Positions 29,370 to 39,058 of a DNA stretch of 44,226 bases are shown here, piece after piece. The DNA is from Gemmatimonadaceae bacterium. Its GTDB lineage: Bacteria > Gemmatimonadota > Gemmatimonadetes > Gemmatimonadales > Gemmatimonadaceae. The notes below the pieces were generated by a model. The model saw nothing but the letters and a program-made list of their open reading frames with translations. It made no database searches and was not told where the DNA came from. Made by a program: the position numbers and the translations under genes. Position 1 is the stretch's first letter. Every line of letters begins with the position of its first letter. The stretch is from positions 1 through 44,226 of the forward strand of contig JANRJP010000127.1 of assembly GCA_033763905.1 (NCBI GenBank). The letters are read 5' to 3'.

Positions 29370-32090
29370 ATGCGATCGCTGACACGACTGTTCTCCCTGG
29401 CCGGCGTCCTCGCGACGCTGGTCTCGCCTGCCCCCGCGTCTGCGCAGGCTACCTCCGAAGTCGCCGGCTCCGTCAAGGATGCCACCGGCACCCCGCTCGG
29501 CGGCGCCACCGTCGTCGTCTCCGGCACGGCCGTCGGCACGCAGGTCAAGGATGACGGCTCCTACAAGCTCGCGCTGCGTCCCGGCAACTACACCATCGTG
29601 GCGCGCCTCATCGGCTACACTGCGCAGGTCAAGACGGTCACCGTGGCCGCTGGCCGGCCCACCGTGCTCGACTTCGCACTGAGCCGAGCGGCCTCGCAGC
29701 TGCAGGCCATTGCCGTCACCGGCTCGCGCCGTCAGGAGCGCTCGGTCGTCACCGCGCCCGTACCGGTTGACGTCATCACCTCCGAAGACATCAAGCAGAC
29801 GGGTCGCACCGAAACGGCGCAGATACTTCAGATGCTCGTGCCGTCGCTCAACTTCCCCCGGTCGTCCATCGCCGGTGGCGTCGACGGTCAGCGCCCCTTC
29901 ACCCTCCGCGGAATGGGGCCGGACCAGGTGCTGGTGCTCCTCAACGGCAAGCGCCGTCACGCCGGCGCGGTGATCGCCGCCAACAACTCGGTCGGACGCG
30001 GCTCGGCGGGCGTGGACCTCAACGCCATTCCCGCCTCGGCGATCGAGCGCATCGAAGTCCTCCGCGACGGCGCCGCTGCGCAGTACGGCTCCGATGCCAT
30101 CGCCGGCGTCGTCAACATCATCCTCAAGCAGAATGCCCCCGCGCAGTTCTCGGCCACGCTCGGCCAGGGCAACTCCACCGTCGAGCAGCGTCGCTTCACG
30201 GACGGTGGCGTGACGCAGGCCGACGGCTCGTGGTCGAAGGCCTTCGGGGATCGCACGTACCTCAACGTCAGCGGCGAATTCCGTGATCGTGGGCTCACCA
30301 ACCGCTCCAACCCCGATCTTCGCCAGCAATACTTCAACGACGCGACCACTGCACCTGACCGTCTTGCGCAGACGCGCAACAACTCGTGGTACGGCGACGC
30401 TGCGCTGCGCGAAGGCGGCCTGATGGTCAACTTCGGTTCGACGACCGCGTCGGGGTTGACCTACTACGCGTTCGGTGGCGCATCGGCGCGCGAGTCACGG
30501 GCGTTCGGCTTCCCCCGTCGCCCACTCGAACGCGTGGTCGTCCGGGCCATCCATCCTGACGGCTTCCTTCCGGAGATCTGGGGCACCTCAGTGGATGCCT
30601 CGCTCACCGGTGGCGTGAAGGGGCAGTTCGCCGGCTGGTCCTGGGATCTGAGCTCCTACTACGGCGGCAACGGCTTCAAGTTCGACGTGCGCAACTCGAA
30701 CAACCCCACGATGGGAACGGCCTCGCCGACGGAGTTCTACGCCGGCCAGCTGCGCTCCTTCCAGAGCACGACCAACTTCGACATCGCGCGTCCGATCGAC
30801 GTGTCGGGCTTCGCGGGACCGGTGAACCTCGCCCTTGGCGCCGAAGTCCGCGCCGACCGCTACCAGATCAAGCGCGGCGACAGCACGTCGTACATCGACG
30901 GTGGTGTCCGCGTGCTCGACGGCCCGGATGCGGGTCAGCTCACGGTGGCTGGCTCGCAGCTCTTCTACGGCTTCCGTCCCTCCGACGAACGCAACGTGCG
31001 TCGCACGTCCTACGCGGGCTACGTCGACGTTGAAGCCAACCCGATTTCGCGCTGGACGGTCGGGCTCGCGGCTCGCGCCGAGAACTTCTCGGACTTCGGC
31101 TCTGCGGTGATTGGCAAGGCGACTACGCGTCTCGAGCTCAACGACAAGTTCGCGGTGCGCGGTGCCTTCAACACTGGTTTCCGTGCGCCGTCGCTCGGGC
31201 AGGCCAACTACTCGGCAACGGCGTCGAACGTGCTGATCGTTGGCGGTGTGCCGACGCCGAACGAAGTGCTCACGCTCCCGGTGAATACGCCGGCCGCCCG
31301 CGCCCTCGGGGCGACGGATCTCAAGGCTGAGCGCTCGCGCAACCTGTCGTACGGCTTCACCTGGACACCCGAGCGCAACTTCTCGGCGACGGTGGACTGG
31401 TTCGACATCCGCGTCGAAGACCGCATCGTGCTCTCTGAGAACTTCGTCGGGGCCGGTGTGCAGGCGCTCTTGGCGCCGTTCAACCTCCCCGGTGACATTC
31501 GTCCGCGCTTCTTCACCAACGCCGTCGACACCCGCACGCGCGGCGTGGACGTCGTGTTGCGCTACACGCGCGAACTCGAAAAGGGCTCCACGCTGTCGGC
31601 TACGGCGGGTTACAACTACAACCGCACGAGCTTGCTCCGCGTATCGCCGCCGCCGGGTCCGCTGGCCGCGCTGACGCCGGTGCAGCAGCTCTACGGCCGC
31701 GTGGAGCGGTCGCGGCTCACCGAGGCGCAGCCGCGCAACTTGGCGCGCTTCAACGTGACGTACACCAAGCCCAAGTGGTCGGCGAACGTGCAGCACGCCT
31801 ACTTCGGCGGCTGGTGGACGCGTCCCGATTTGGCCTTGGCGCCGACGGTCGCCCGCGCGCCGAGCGATCAGTACTTCACCGGCAAGTGGATCACCGACGT
31901 CAGCGTGACGCGCAAGTTCGACGAGCACTTCTCGGGCACGCTCGGCGTCGACAATCTCTTCGATGTCTACCCGGATCGCCTGCGCGTCTCGAACCCCGAG
32001 AACACCGGCGGCACCCGGCTCTACTCGCCGTTCTCGCCGTTTGGGGCGAACGGGCGGTTCCTGTTCTTCCGGGTGGCGTTCACGCCGTAA
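29370..32090 (+). CDS. TonB-dependent receptor with N-terminal carboxypeptidase-regulatory-like domain
   Basis: Signal peptide; IAVTGSRR; plug motifs LRGMGPDQVLVLLNGKR and IERIEVLRDGAAAQYGSDAIAGVVNIILK; GFRAPS; GVDNLFD. Confidence 0.93.
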   Translation: MRSLTRLFSLAGVLATLVSPAPASAQATSEVAGSVKDATGTPLGGATVVVSGTAVGTQVKDDGSYKLALRPGNYTIVARLIGYTAQVKTVTVAAGRPTVLDFALSRAASQLQAIAVTGSRRQERSVVTAPVPVDVITSEDIKQTGRTETAQILQMLVPSLNFPRSSIAGGVDGQRPFTLRGMGPDQVLVLLNGKRRHAGAVIAANNSVGRGSAGVDLNAIPASAIERIEVLRDGAAAQYGSDAIAGVVNIILKQNAPAQFSATLGQGNSTVEQRRFTDGGVTQADGSWSKAFGDRTYLNVSGEFRDRGLTNRSNPDLRQQYFNDATTAPDRLAQTRNNSWYGDAALREGGLMVNFGSTTASGLTYYAFGGASARESRAFGFPRRPLERVVVRAIHPDGFLPEIWGTSVDASLTGGVKGQFAGWSWDLSSYYGGNGFKFDVRNSNNPTMGTASPTEFYAGQLRSFQSTTNFDIARPIDVSGFAGPVNLALGAEVRADRYQIKRGDSTSYIDGGVRVLDGPDAGQLTVAGSQLFYGFRPSDERNVRRTSYAGYVDVEANPISRWTVGLAARAENFSDFGSAVIGKATTRLELNDKFAVRGAFNTGFRAPSLGQANYSATASNVLIVGGVPTPNEVLTLPVNTPAARALGATDLKAERSRNLSYGFTWTPERNFSATVDWFDIRVEDRIVLSENFVGAGVQALLAPFNLPGDIRPRFFTNAVDTRTRGVDVVLRYTRELEKGSTLSATAGYNYNRTSLLRVSPPPGPLAALTPVQQLYGRVERSRLTEAQPRNLARFNVTYTKPKWSANVQHAYFGGWWTRPDLALAPTVARAPSDQYFTGKWITDVSVTRKFDEHFSGTLGVDNLFDVYPDRLRVSNPENTGGTRLYSPFSPFGANGRFLFFRVAFTP

Positions 32091-32104
32091 GGGCGAACGC
32101 GTCG

Positions 32105-32151
32105 AAAACAGAGCGGGGGTGAGGACTTGGTCCTCACCCCCGCTCGTCTTT
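32105..32151. terminator. Bidirectional intrinsic terminator between convergent genes
   Basis: Perfect 16-bp stem (32111-32126/32130-32145) flanked by AAAAC and GTCTTT. Confidence 0.85.
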
Positions 32152-32166
32152 GCGGATGCTTCGTGA

Positions 32167-33264
32167 CTATCGGGCGCCGGTCCCCGCCGTCGGTCGCCGC
32201 GCCGCCGCCACACCGCTGACCGGCGTCGGCGTCGCCCACGAGTACTGATCGACCGAGCTCTTCACCGACACCGACGCGCGAATCGGCCGAGACCCGACGC
32301 GCGACAGCAGCGTCGCGCCAAAGCCCGCCGTCACTACCACCCACGTCACGCCAGCCGCCGCCAAGCGCACCATCCACTCCGACGACGGCACCGTCGCGCC
32401 AATCGCGATCGAAATGCCCCACGGCGCCATCAGCAACAGCACGCCGGCCACCACGCCGCGCAGACTCGCGCCCGATGCCGACAACCGCCGCGCGCTCCCG
32501 CCCGTCACCACGGTGCCCATCAGCCGCGCGACCGACAACACGCCGAGCGTCAGCAACCCTGCCGCCGCCAGCGAGTACGCCACAATCGCCACCGGCACCA
32601 CCAGAATGCCCACGATCGTCAGCGCGAGGCCCACGATCGTCAGCGCCAGCACCGGCACCAGCGCAAGCTCGGCCAGAAAGCCCACCAACAGCGCCTTGCC
32701 GAAATCGCGCTCGAGCTCGGTGGCCACACCATCCAACGCCGGCTGTGCCATCAGCGTCGCCGCAATGCCCAGCATCAGCATCAGCACCACCGACGCGGCA
32801 AAAATCGCAATCGAACGCGTGAGCGATGCCTTGGGACGCTCGGCGGCGGCCGCCGCAATGTCGGCCGCGGAGGTGAGCGAGCGAATCTCGCCATCCACGC
32901 GGCCGCCATCCAAGGTGACCTTGCCGCCGAGCGACACCGCCTGGCCCGTCACGATGCCGCCGGCCTTTACGACGATGTCGCCGTCGAGGGCCACGGCGTC
33001 GCCGGCGACTTCACCGGCGATTTCGAGCGGGCCTCCCGACACGACGATCGGCCCGGGTTCCTTGGCCCCCGCCGCAACGGTGCGCGGTCCCACCGTCACC
33101 CGATCCGCTGACGGCAACTGCGACAACTGCCCAAGCTTGCGCGCCTGATCCAAGCGCCGCTCCAACGCGGCGCGCGTCGTGCCGTCCTGCGCGTGCAGGG
33201 TGAGCGAAACACCGAAGCACGCGGCGCCGACCAGCGCTGCGCTGACCCACCGGATCGTCCGCAC
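32167..33264 (-). CDS. Membrane protein with exported bactofilin-like (Gly/Val beta-helix) domain and multiple C-terminal TMs
   Basis: Signal peptide; GPLEIAGEVAGDAVALDGDIVVKAGGIVTGQAVSLGGKV repeats; about 6 hydrophobic helices. Confidence 0.7.
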   Translation of the reverse strand: MRTIRWVSAALVGAACFGVSLTLHAQDGTTRAALERRLDQARKLGQLSQLPSADRVTVGPRTVAAGAKEPGPIVVSGGPLEIAGEVAGDAVALDGDIVVKAGGIVTGQAVSLGGKVTLDGGRVDGEIRSLTSAADIAAAAAERPKASLTRSIAIFAASVVLMLMLGIAATLMAQPALDGVATELERDFGKALLVGFLAELALVPVLALTIVGLALTIVGILVVPVAIVAYSLAAAGLLTLGVLSVARLMGTVVTGGSARRLSASGASLRGVVAGVLLLMAPWGISIAIGATVPSSEWMVRLAAAGVTWVVVTAGFGATLLSRVGSRPIRASVSVKSSVDQYSWATPTPVSGVAAARRPTAGTGAR

Positions 33265-33267
33265 GGG

Positions 33268-33849
33268 TCAGCTCCGCCGACGGGCAGCGGCCAAGCGGCT
33301 CAGGCCGCCTGCCGCCAAGGCCATCGCGCCAAGCAGGGCCGCCGCGCCCAGCGCCACGGTACCCATCGAGCCATTCCGCAGCAGCCCCGCCGCCGACGGA
33401 CCCAGCAGCGCGCCGAGCGCGTCGCCAACGACCGACGCCGTCGCGGTGCGCGACTGCTCCAGGAGCCCAGCGCTCAGTACCGAGACGCCGTTCGACTGCG
33501 TCGCGAGCCAGATCCCGCCGCCCGTCGCGAGCACGGTGCCCACCGTGAGCAACGACACCGCGGCGACGCGAAACGGCGTGGAGGTCGGCACGATGCGCTC
33601 GACCGTATCCCACGCCGCGATGTACCAGGGCTGATAGACCTCGACCTTCGTCATTACGCGGTCGGCAAAGCCCAGTGTGGGCTTGGCGTGCGGAAGGACT
33701 TCCATCGCCTGCGCGATCAGTCGGCCGTCGCGCACCTTGGCGCGGCACGACGCACACTGCTCGGCGTGCGCGGCGAGTTCGGCCAGGCCAAACCCTCCGT
33801 CGCCATCGACGAGCAGATCAATCTCGGCAGGAAGCAGGTGTCGGTTCAT
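33268..33849 (-). CDS. Zinc-binding anti-sigma factor (ZAS/zf-HC2)
   Basis: HL...LVDG...HAEQCASC (HxxxCxxC); two TM helices; downstream of the ECF sigma. Confidence 0.85.
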   Translation of the reverse strand: MNRHLLPAEIDLLVDGDGGFGLAELAAHAEQCASCRAKVRDGRLIAQAMEVLPHAKPTLGFADRVMTKVEVYQPWYIAAWDTVERIVPTSTPFRVAAVSLLTVGTVLATGGGIWLATQSNGVSVLSAGLLEQSRTATASVVGDALGALLGPSAAGLLRNGSMGTVALGAAALLGAMALAAGGLSRLAAARRRS

Positions 33850-33867
33850 CAGGTCTCCGGGTGGGAC

Positions 33868-33894
33868 TACGCTCGGCTGCAGCGCAGGGTTTCA
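33868..33894 (-). promoter_or_regulatory. SigW-type ECF promoter upstream of the anti-sigma gene
   Basis: Minus strand reads TGAAAC (33894-33889), 17 nt, CGTA (33871-33868), then GGAG RBS and ATG 33849. Confidence 0.7.
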
Positions 33895-33936
33895 GCAGGG
33901 GAAAATCCGGTCAGTGTCACGTGGCGGGCGGGGGCG

Positions 33937-34542
33937 TTACTCCCGCAGATGCTCCAAGGCATCCTGCAGCTGTTTTCGGGCGCGGTGGATGTAGGTCTTC
34001 ACGGTGCCCAACGGCAGGTCGAGCGTCGCGGCGATCTCTTCGTAGGATCGGCCTTCGACGTGCCGGAGCATGATGCAGGACCGGTATTCCGGACGCAGCC
34101 GCTCGATCGCGGCCTCGATCGCCTTGCCCAATTCCTTGGCTTCGAGCCGTTCGAGCGGCGACTCGTCCCCTGAATCGAGATCGATCGACGAGGCTTCGGC
34201 GTCTTCCGTCGTGGTGGCCCAGCGGGAGCCGTCGATCGACACCGTGTCGAGTTCGCGCTTGCGCAGGAAGTCGATCGCCACGTTGTTGGCGATCTTGAAC
34301 AACCAGCTCGAGAGCTTGAACTCGGGGTTGTAGCGGTCGATGTGGTTCAGGACCTTGATGAACGCTTCCTGCGACAGGTCCTCGGCGGTCTCGCGGTCCC
34401 GCACCATCCGGAAGACCAGCGAGAAGACCGGGCGTTCGTAGCGCCGGATGATCTCCCGATACGCCGGTTCGCGTCCCTGCTGGGCAAGGACCACGAGATC
34501 GGCGTCAGGGAGGGATTCGAGCTCGAGGCGCGTCGGGGGCAC
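33937..34542 (-). CDS. ECF RNA polymerase sigma factor (SigW/RpoE-like)
   Basis: AEDLSQEAFIK, SWLFKIANNVAIDFLRK (region 2), SYEEIAATLDLPLGTVKTYIHRAR (region 4); GTG start at 34542 is inferred. Confidence 0.92.
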   Translation of the reverse strand: MPPTRLELESLPDADLVVLAQQGREPAYREIIRRYERPVFSLVFRMVRDRETAEDLSQEAFIKVLNHIDRYNPEFKLSSWLFKIANNVAIDFLRKRELDTVSIDGSRWATTTEDAEASSIDLDSGDESPLERLEAKELGKAIEAAIERLRPEYRSCIMLRHVEGRSYEEIAATLDLPLGTVKTYIHRARKQLQDALEHLRE

Positions 34543-34675
34543 AGCGTCCGGAAAGGGCGCGTACGACCCCCGGTCCGAGGGACAGCGCCGACCGGGACAA
34601 GGTAGGCACCGGGCGCGCTCAGGGCGAGGGGCGAATTGGTTGGCACCACGGAGGGGAATCGGCGATTTTTCCCGT

Positions 34676-35461
34676 ATGCCAGCTGCACTGACCGAGGAAC
34701 GGCGGGTTGCCGAGGCCGCCGCACAAGGGGCGGCGGGCAAGCGCGCCTACGTCCGGCGGATGTTTTCCGACATCGCCCCGCGCTACGACCTGCTCAACCA
34801 CGTGCTGTCGCTCAACATCGACAAGGCGTGGCGAACCAAGGCGATTGCCGCGCTGGAGCTGTCGCGCGCGCCCGATGGCCGCGTGCTGGACCTGTGCGCG
34901 GGGACGCTCGACGTGGGGGCGGCCATTACCCGTGCCCCGGGCTTTCGTGGCACGGTGATCGGCGCCGATTTCGCCGTCCCGATGCTGGAAGGCGGTGTGG
35001 GCAAGGCGCCGGCGCATCGCCTGATGCCGGTGGCCGCAGATGCGCTGCACCTGCCGGTGGCCGATCAGGTGTTCGACGGCGCCATCGTGGCCTTCGGCAT
35101 TCGCAATCTGGCCGATCTGGACGCCGGGCTTCGCGAAGTGCGGCGCGTGTGCAAGCCCGGCTCGCGCTTCGTGATTCTGGAGTTCTCGACGCCGCAGAAT
35201 CCGCTCGTGCGGATGGGCTACCACGCGTACTTCCATCACGTGCTACCGGCGATCGGCGGACTCGTGAGCGGCCACAAGACGGCCTACGCGTATCTGCCGG
35301 CGTCGGTCGCGCATTTTCCGACCGGCGATGCCCTGGCGCAGCGGATGCGTGATGCCGGGTGGCAGGATGTGCGCTGGTCGCCGGTGAGCTTCGGCATCGC
35401 GGCGATTCACGTCGGCACGGCGCCCGCACACGTGCCGGATGCCGCACGGGGGCGCGCGTGA
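34676..35461 (+). CDS. menG: Demethylmenaquinone methyltransferase (UbiE/MenG)
   Basis: MFSDIAPRYDLLNHVLS, LDLCAGT, AFGIRN, ILEFS, AYAYLPAS. Confidence 0.92.
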   Translation: MPAALTEERRVAEAAAQGAAGKRAYVRRMFSDIAPRYDLLNHVLSLNIDKAWRTKAIAALELSRAPDGRVLDLCAGTLDVGAAITRAPGFRGTVIGADFAVPMLEGGVGKAPAHRLMPVAADALHLPVADQVFDGAIVAFGIRNLADLDAGLREVRRVCKPGSRFVILEFSTPQNPLVRMGYHAYFHHVLPAIGGLVSGHKTAYAYLPASVAHFPTGDALAQRMRDAGWQDVRWSPVSFGIAAIHVGTAPAHVPDAARGRA

Positions 35462-35907
35462 GTGCCGCGGTGATTGCCGAGTCGTCCGTGCGCGGGCCGA
35501 CGGCGCTCTACGTGCTGGCCGGCTTGGGCGTGTTGGCGTTTCCCGCGCTGCACCTGTGGGACATTCCGATGTCCACCTTCTACGGCGCGACGGCGCTTCT
35601 GGGCGGCGGCATCGCGTTGCAGTACTCGCGGCTCACGGTGCGCGTGACGGCCGACGGCGTGCAGTGGCGCTTGGCGCTCACGCCGGGTTGGCACCGCATT
35701 CCCGCGAGCGACTTGGCGGGGGCGGAGCCGGTGGACCTGGGCACGCGTCGAGGCATCGGCACGCGGCTCACGACGGTGGGCACGCTGCACAACGTCGGCG
35801 CGCCGGTGGCCCTGCGCATTCGGCGCGTGCGCAACGAAGACTTGTTGCTCGGCACGAGTGATCCCGACGAGATCATTCGCGCCATTGACGTGGTTCGGCC
35901 TCGCTGA
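35458..35907 (+). CDS. Hypothetical membrane protein (two TMs plus bacterial PH-like domain)
   Basis: GTGA overlap with menG; two TMs, then LTVRVTADGV...RIP...GIGTR...LLLGTSDPDEI. Confidence 0.6.
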   Translation: MSAAVIAESSVRGPTALYVLAGLGVLAFPALHLWDIPMSTFYGATALLGGGIALQYSRLTVRVTADGVQWRLALTPGWHRIPASDLAGAEPVDLGTRRGIGTRLTTVGTLHNVGAPVALRIRRVRNEDLLLGTSDPDEIIRAIDVVRPR

Positions 35908-35949
35908 CCATTCGGTCGCGTTCCACTTTCTGATTGCTTCGGTTCTTTC

Positions 35950-37443
35950 GTGCTTGATTCCCTGCAGGACTTCATTGCGGCGCTCGACGCCGCGGGCGAA
36001 CTGGTTCGCGTGCGCGAGCCCATTGCCGTGCACCTCGAGATGTGCGAGGTGATCGACCGCGTCTCGAAGATGCCGGGTGGTGGCAAGGCGTTGCTCTTCG
36101 AGAAGCCGGTGCTGCGCGACGGCAGCATTGCCGCGATGCCGGTGGGCGCCAATCTCTTCGGTTCGTGGCTCCGGATGGCAATGGCCTTGGGCGTCGAGGA
36201 CTTGGATCAGCACGGCGATCGCATTCGCGATCTGCTCAAGACGCAGGTGCCCGACGGTCTGCTCGGCAAGTTGCAGCTGCTGCCCAAGCTCTTCGAAGTG
36301 GCGAAGTTTCCGCCGCGCACGCAGTCAGGTCGTGGTTCGTGTCAGGAGGTCATCTGGCGCGGGGACGAGATCGACCTCGACAAGATTCCGGTGCTCACGA
36401 CCTGGCCGGACGACGGCGGGCCGTACATCACGCTGACGGCGGTCATTTCGAAGGACCCGGCGCGCGGCATTCGCAATGTGGGGATGTACCGCGTGCAGCA
36501 GCTCACCAAGAACACCGTCGCGATGCACTGGCAGCGCCACAAGACGGGCGCCGCGCACTTCCGCGAGATGGCCGAACGCGGTGAGACGATGCCGGTGTGC
36601 ATTGTCGTAGGCGCCGATCCCGCGAGCACGTATTCCGCCAGTGCGCCGCTACCGCCGAACATCGACGAGTTCCTCTTTGCGGGATTCCTGCGCAAGTCGC
36701 CGGTGAAGCTGGTGAAGGCCATCACCAACGATCTCGAAGTCCCCGCCGACGCTGAGCTGGTGCTCGAGGGCTACATCGACCCGCGCGAAGACTTCATTGT
36801 CGAAGGCCCATTCGGCGACCACACCGGCTACTACAGCGAAGCCGATCTGTACCCGCGCGTGCATCTCACGGCGGTGACGATGCGGCGCAACGCGGTGTAC
36901 GGCACCACGATCGTGGGGCGTCCGCCGATGGAAGACGTGTATCTGGGCGGCGCGACCGAGCGCATTTTTCTGCCGCTGCTGCAGTTCACGACGCCCGAGA
37001 TCGTGGACTACCATATGCCCGCCGAGGGGATTTTTCACAACCTCGTGTTCGTGAGCATCAAGAAGCACTATCCCGGGCAGGCGTACAAGGTGATGCACGC
37101 GCTGTGGGGGCAGGGGCTGATGTCGCTGGCGAAGGTGATCGTGGTGGTGGATGATTGGGTGGACGTGCGCAACCCGCAGGAGGCGTGGTGGGTGGCGCTC
37201 AACAACATCGACCCGCAGCGCGACGTGACGTTCACGATGGGCCCCGTTGATGTGCTCGATCACGCGAGCCGTGCGTTCACGTACGGCTCGAAGATGGGCA
37301 TCGACGCCACGAAGAAGATGCCCGAGGAGGGCTTCACCCGGTCGTGGCCGGCGGTGATCGAGATGGCGCCCGAGATCAAGCGCCAGGTCGATGCCAAGTG
37401 GGATCGCTTGGGACTGGGTCCGCTCCTCAAGAGGCGCGCGTGA
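35950..37443 (+). CDS. ubiD: UbiD-family decarboxylase, menaquinone (futalosine route, MqnL-like)
   Basis: WPDDGGPYIT, RNVGMYR, EGPFGDHTGYY, GRPPMED, KMGIDAT. Confidence 0.9.
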   Translation: MLDSLQDFIAALDAAGELVRVREPIAVHLEMCEVIDRVSKMPGGGKALLFEKPVLRDGSIAAMPVGANLFGSWLRMAMALGVEDLDQHGDRIRDLLKTQVPDGLLGKLQLLPKLFEVAKFPPRTQSGRGSCQEVIWRGDEIDLDKIPVLTTWPDDGGPYITLTAVISKDPARGIRNVGMYRVQQLTKNTVAMHWQRHKTGAAHFREMAERGETMPVCIVVGADPASTYSASAPLPPNIDEFLFAGFLRKSPVKLVKAITNDLEVPADAELVLEGYIDPREDFIVEGPFGDHTGYYSEADLYPRVHLTAVTMRRNAVYGTTIVGRPPMEDVYLGGATERIFLPLLQFTTPEIVDYHMPAEGIFHNLVFVSIKKHYPGQAYKVMHALWGQGLMSLAKVIVVVDDWVDVRNPQEAWWVALNNIDPQRDVTFTMGPVDVLDHASRAFTYGSKMGIDATKKMPEEGFTRSWPAVIEMAPEIKRQVDAKWDRLGLGPLLKRRA

Positions 37444-37445
37444 AT

Positions 37446-38378
37446 ATGCCGTCGGAGCTGCCGGCGCGCGAAGGCCAGACCTTCGCCGGTGGCTCGCGCT
37501 TGTCGGTGTGGGCCAGCTTCGTGAAGCTGCCGCACACGGTGTTTGCCCTGCCGTTTGCGCTGGTGGGCGTGACACTGGCGACGTGGACGACGCCGGTTAC
37601 GCCGGCGGTGCTGGGCTGGGTCATTGTGGCGTTCACGGCGGCGCGTTTCGCGGCGATGGCGTTCAATCGCGTGGTCGATCGCGAGTACGACGCGCGCAAT
37701 CCGCGCACGAAGATGCGGGAGATTCCGCGCGGGGCGCTGAGCGTGACGGCGGCGAAGGTGTCGGTGGTGATCGCGAGTGCGGTGTTCCTCGGCGCCGCGG
37801 CGATGCTCAATCCGCTGTGTCTCGCGCTGGCTCCCGCGTCACTGGCCTGGGTCCTCGGCTATTCGTACGCCAAGCGCTTCACGCGGTTTGCGCACCTGTG
37901 GCTCGGGATGGGGCTCGCGATTGCGCCCGGCGCCGGATGGCTGGCGGTGACGGGCGTGTGGCCGTCGCCGTGGTGGCTGCTGCCCGCGTTGGCGGCGGCA
38001 GTGCTCACGTGGGTGGCGGGCTTCGATGTGCTATACGCACTGCCGGACGCCGAGTTCGATCAGGCGAACGGATTGCGGTCGTTGCCCCAGTCGCTGGGGG
38101 TGCCGCGGGCGCTGCTCGTCGCGCGGGCCCTGCACGTGGCGACGGTCGTGGCATTCGGCGTGGCCGGCCTGGGGCTGGGCCTCGCGGGCATTCCCGCCAC
38201 GTGGCTCTGGTGGGCCGGCGTGGCCGTTGTGGCCGCCCTGCTGGCCTACGAACATTCGCTGGTCTCGGCCGACGACTTGAGCAAACTCGACGCGGCCTTC
38301 TTCACGATGAACGGAGTGATTTCGGTGTCGTTCTTCGCGTGCGTGCTGGCCGCGCGCCTGCTCGGGAGTGCGGCGTGA
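37446..38378 (+). CDS. ubiA: UbiA-family polyprenyltransferase (MqnP-like)
   Basis: VKLPHTVFALPFA, AMAFNRVVDREYDARNPRT, YSYAKRFT, GFDVLYA, AFFTMNG. Confidence 0.9.
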   Translation: MPSELPAREGQTFAGGSRLSVWASFVKLPHTVFALPFALVGVTLATWTTPVTPAVLGWVIVAFTAARFAAMAFNRVVDREYDARNPRTKMREIPRGALSVTAAKVSVVIASAVFLGAAAMLNPLCLALAPASLAWVLGYSYAKRFTRFAHLWLGMGLAIAPGAGWLAVTGVWPSPWWLLPALAAAVLTWVAGFDVLYALPDAEFDQANGLRSLPQSLGVPRALLVARALHVATVVAFGVAGLGLGLAGIPATWLWWAGVAVVAALLAYEHSLVSADDLSKLDAAFFTMNGVISVSFFACVLAARLLGSAA

Positions 38379-38977
38379 GCCTTCCACTGGTAGTCGCCAT
38401 CACCGGTGCGAGCGGCGCGCCCTACGCGGTGCGCTTGCTCTCGGCGCTGGTCGCGAGCGGCACGCCGACGTGGCTGATCGTGTCGTCGCACGGGTGGCGT
38501 TTGCTCAACACCGAGAGCGACATCCCCGATCTCGCCGCCTTGCGCGCGCGGGTCGGCGCTGCGGCGTGGGATGCGCACGTGACCGTGTTCGATGACGCCG
38601 ATCGCGGCGCCAAGCCCGCGTCGGGGTCGGTGCGCACGGCGGGAATGGTGGTGTGTCCCTGCTCGATGGGTACCGTCGCGGCGATTGCGCACGGCACGTC
38701 GCGGTCCTTGGTGGAGCGGGCGGCCGATGTGGCGCTCAAGGAGCGCCGTCGCCTGGTGCTGGTGCCGCGCGAAACGCCGCTCAGCGACATCCACCTCGAG
38801 AACCTGCTGCGGGTGACGCGTGCGGGCGCTGTGGTGGTGCCGGCGGCGCCAGGGTTCTATCACCGGCCGACGACGATCGACGAGCTGGTGGACTTCGTGG
38901 TGGCGCGCGTGCTGGATCAGTGCGGGGTGGAGCACACGGTGGGGAAGCGCTGGGGGGAGGCGCCGGCTGCTGGCTGA
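38375..38977 (+). CDS. ubiX: Flavin prenyltransferase
   Basis: AITGASGA, ASGS, PCSMGT, RAADVALKERR, PRETP, PGFY. Confidence 0.93.
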   Translation: MSLPLVVAITGASGAPYAVRLLSALVASGTPTWLIVSSHGWRLLNTESDIPDLAALRARVGAAAWDAHVTVFDDADRGAKPASGSVRTAGMVVCPCSMGTVAAIAHGTSRSLVERAADVALKERRRLVLVPRETPLSDIHLENLLRVTRAGAVVVPAAPGFYHRPTTIDELVDFVVARVLDQCGVEHTVGKRWGEAPAAG

Positions 38978-38980
38978 GTG

Positions 38981-39058
38981 AAGAGCGGGGCTGGAGGCCA
39001 CGGAGGAACGGAGGGCTCCGTTGACCTCTGTTCCTCCGTGGCCTCCCGTTCCGCTCTT
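38981..39058. repeat. Long palindrome between convergent genes (REP-like element or bidirectional terminator)
   Basis: 22-bp arms at 38993-39014/39025-39046 (one G-U pair) plus outer AAGAGCGG/CCGCTCTT arms. Confidence 0.75.

Noticed and set aside
35950..38977. Ubiquinone pathway or aromatic-acid detoxification decarboxylase
   Set aside because: The prenyltransferase has the HTVFALPF/AFFTMNG pattern of the menaquinone-associated subfamily and clusters with menG; no ubiquinone hydroxylases or ubiB are present in the window.
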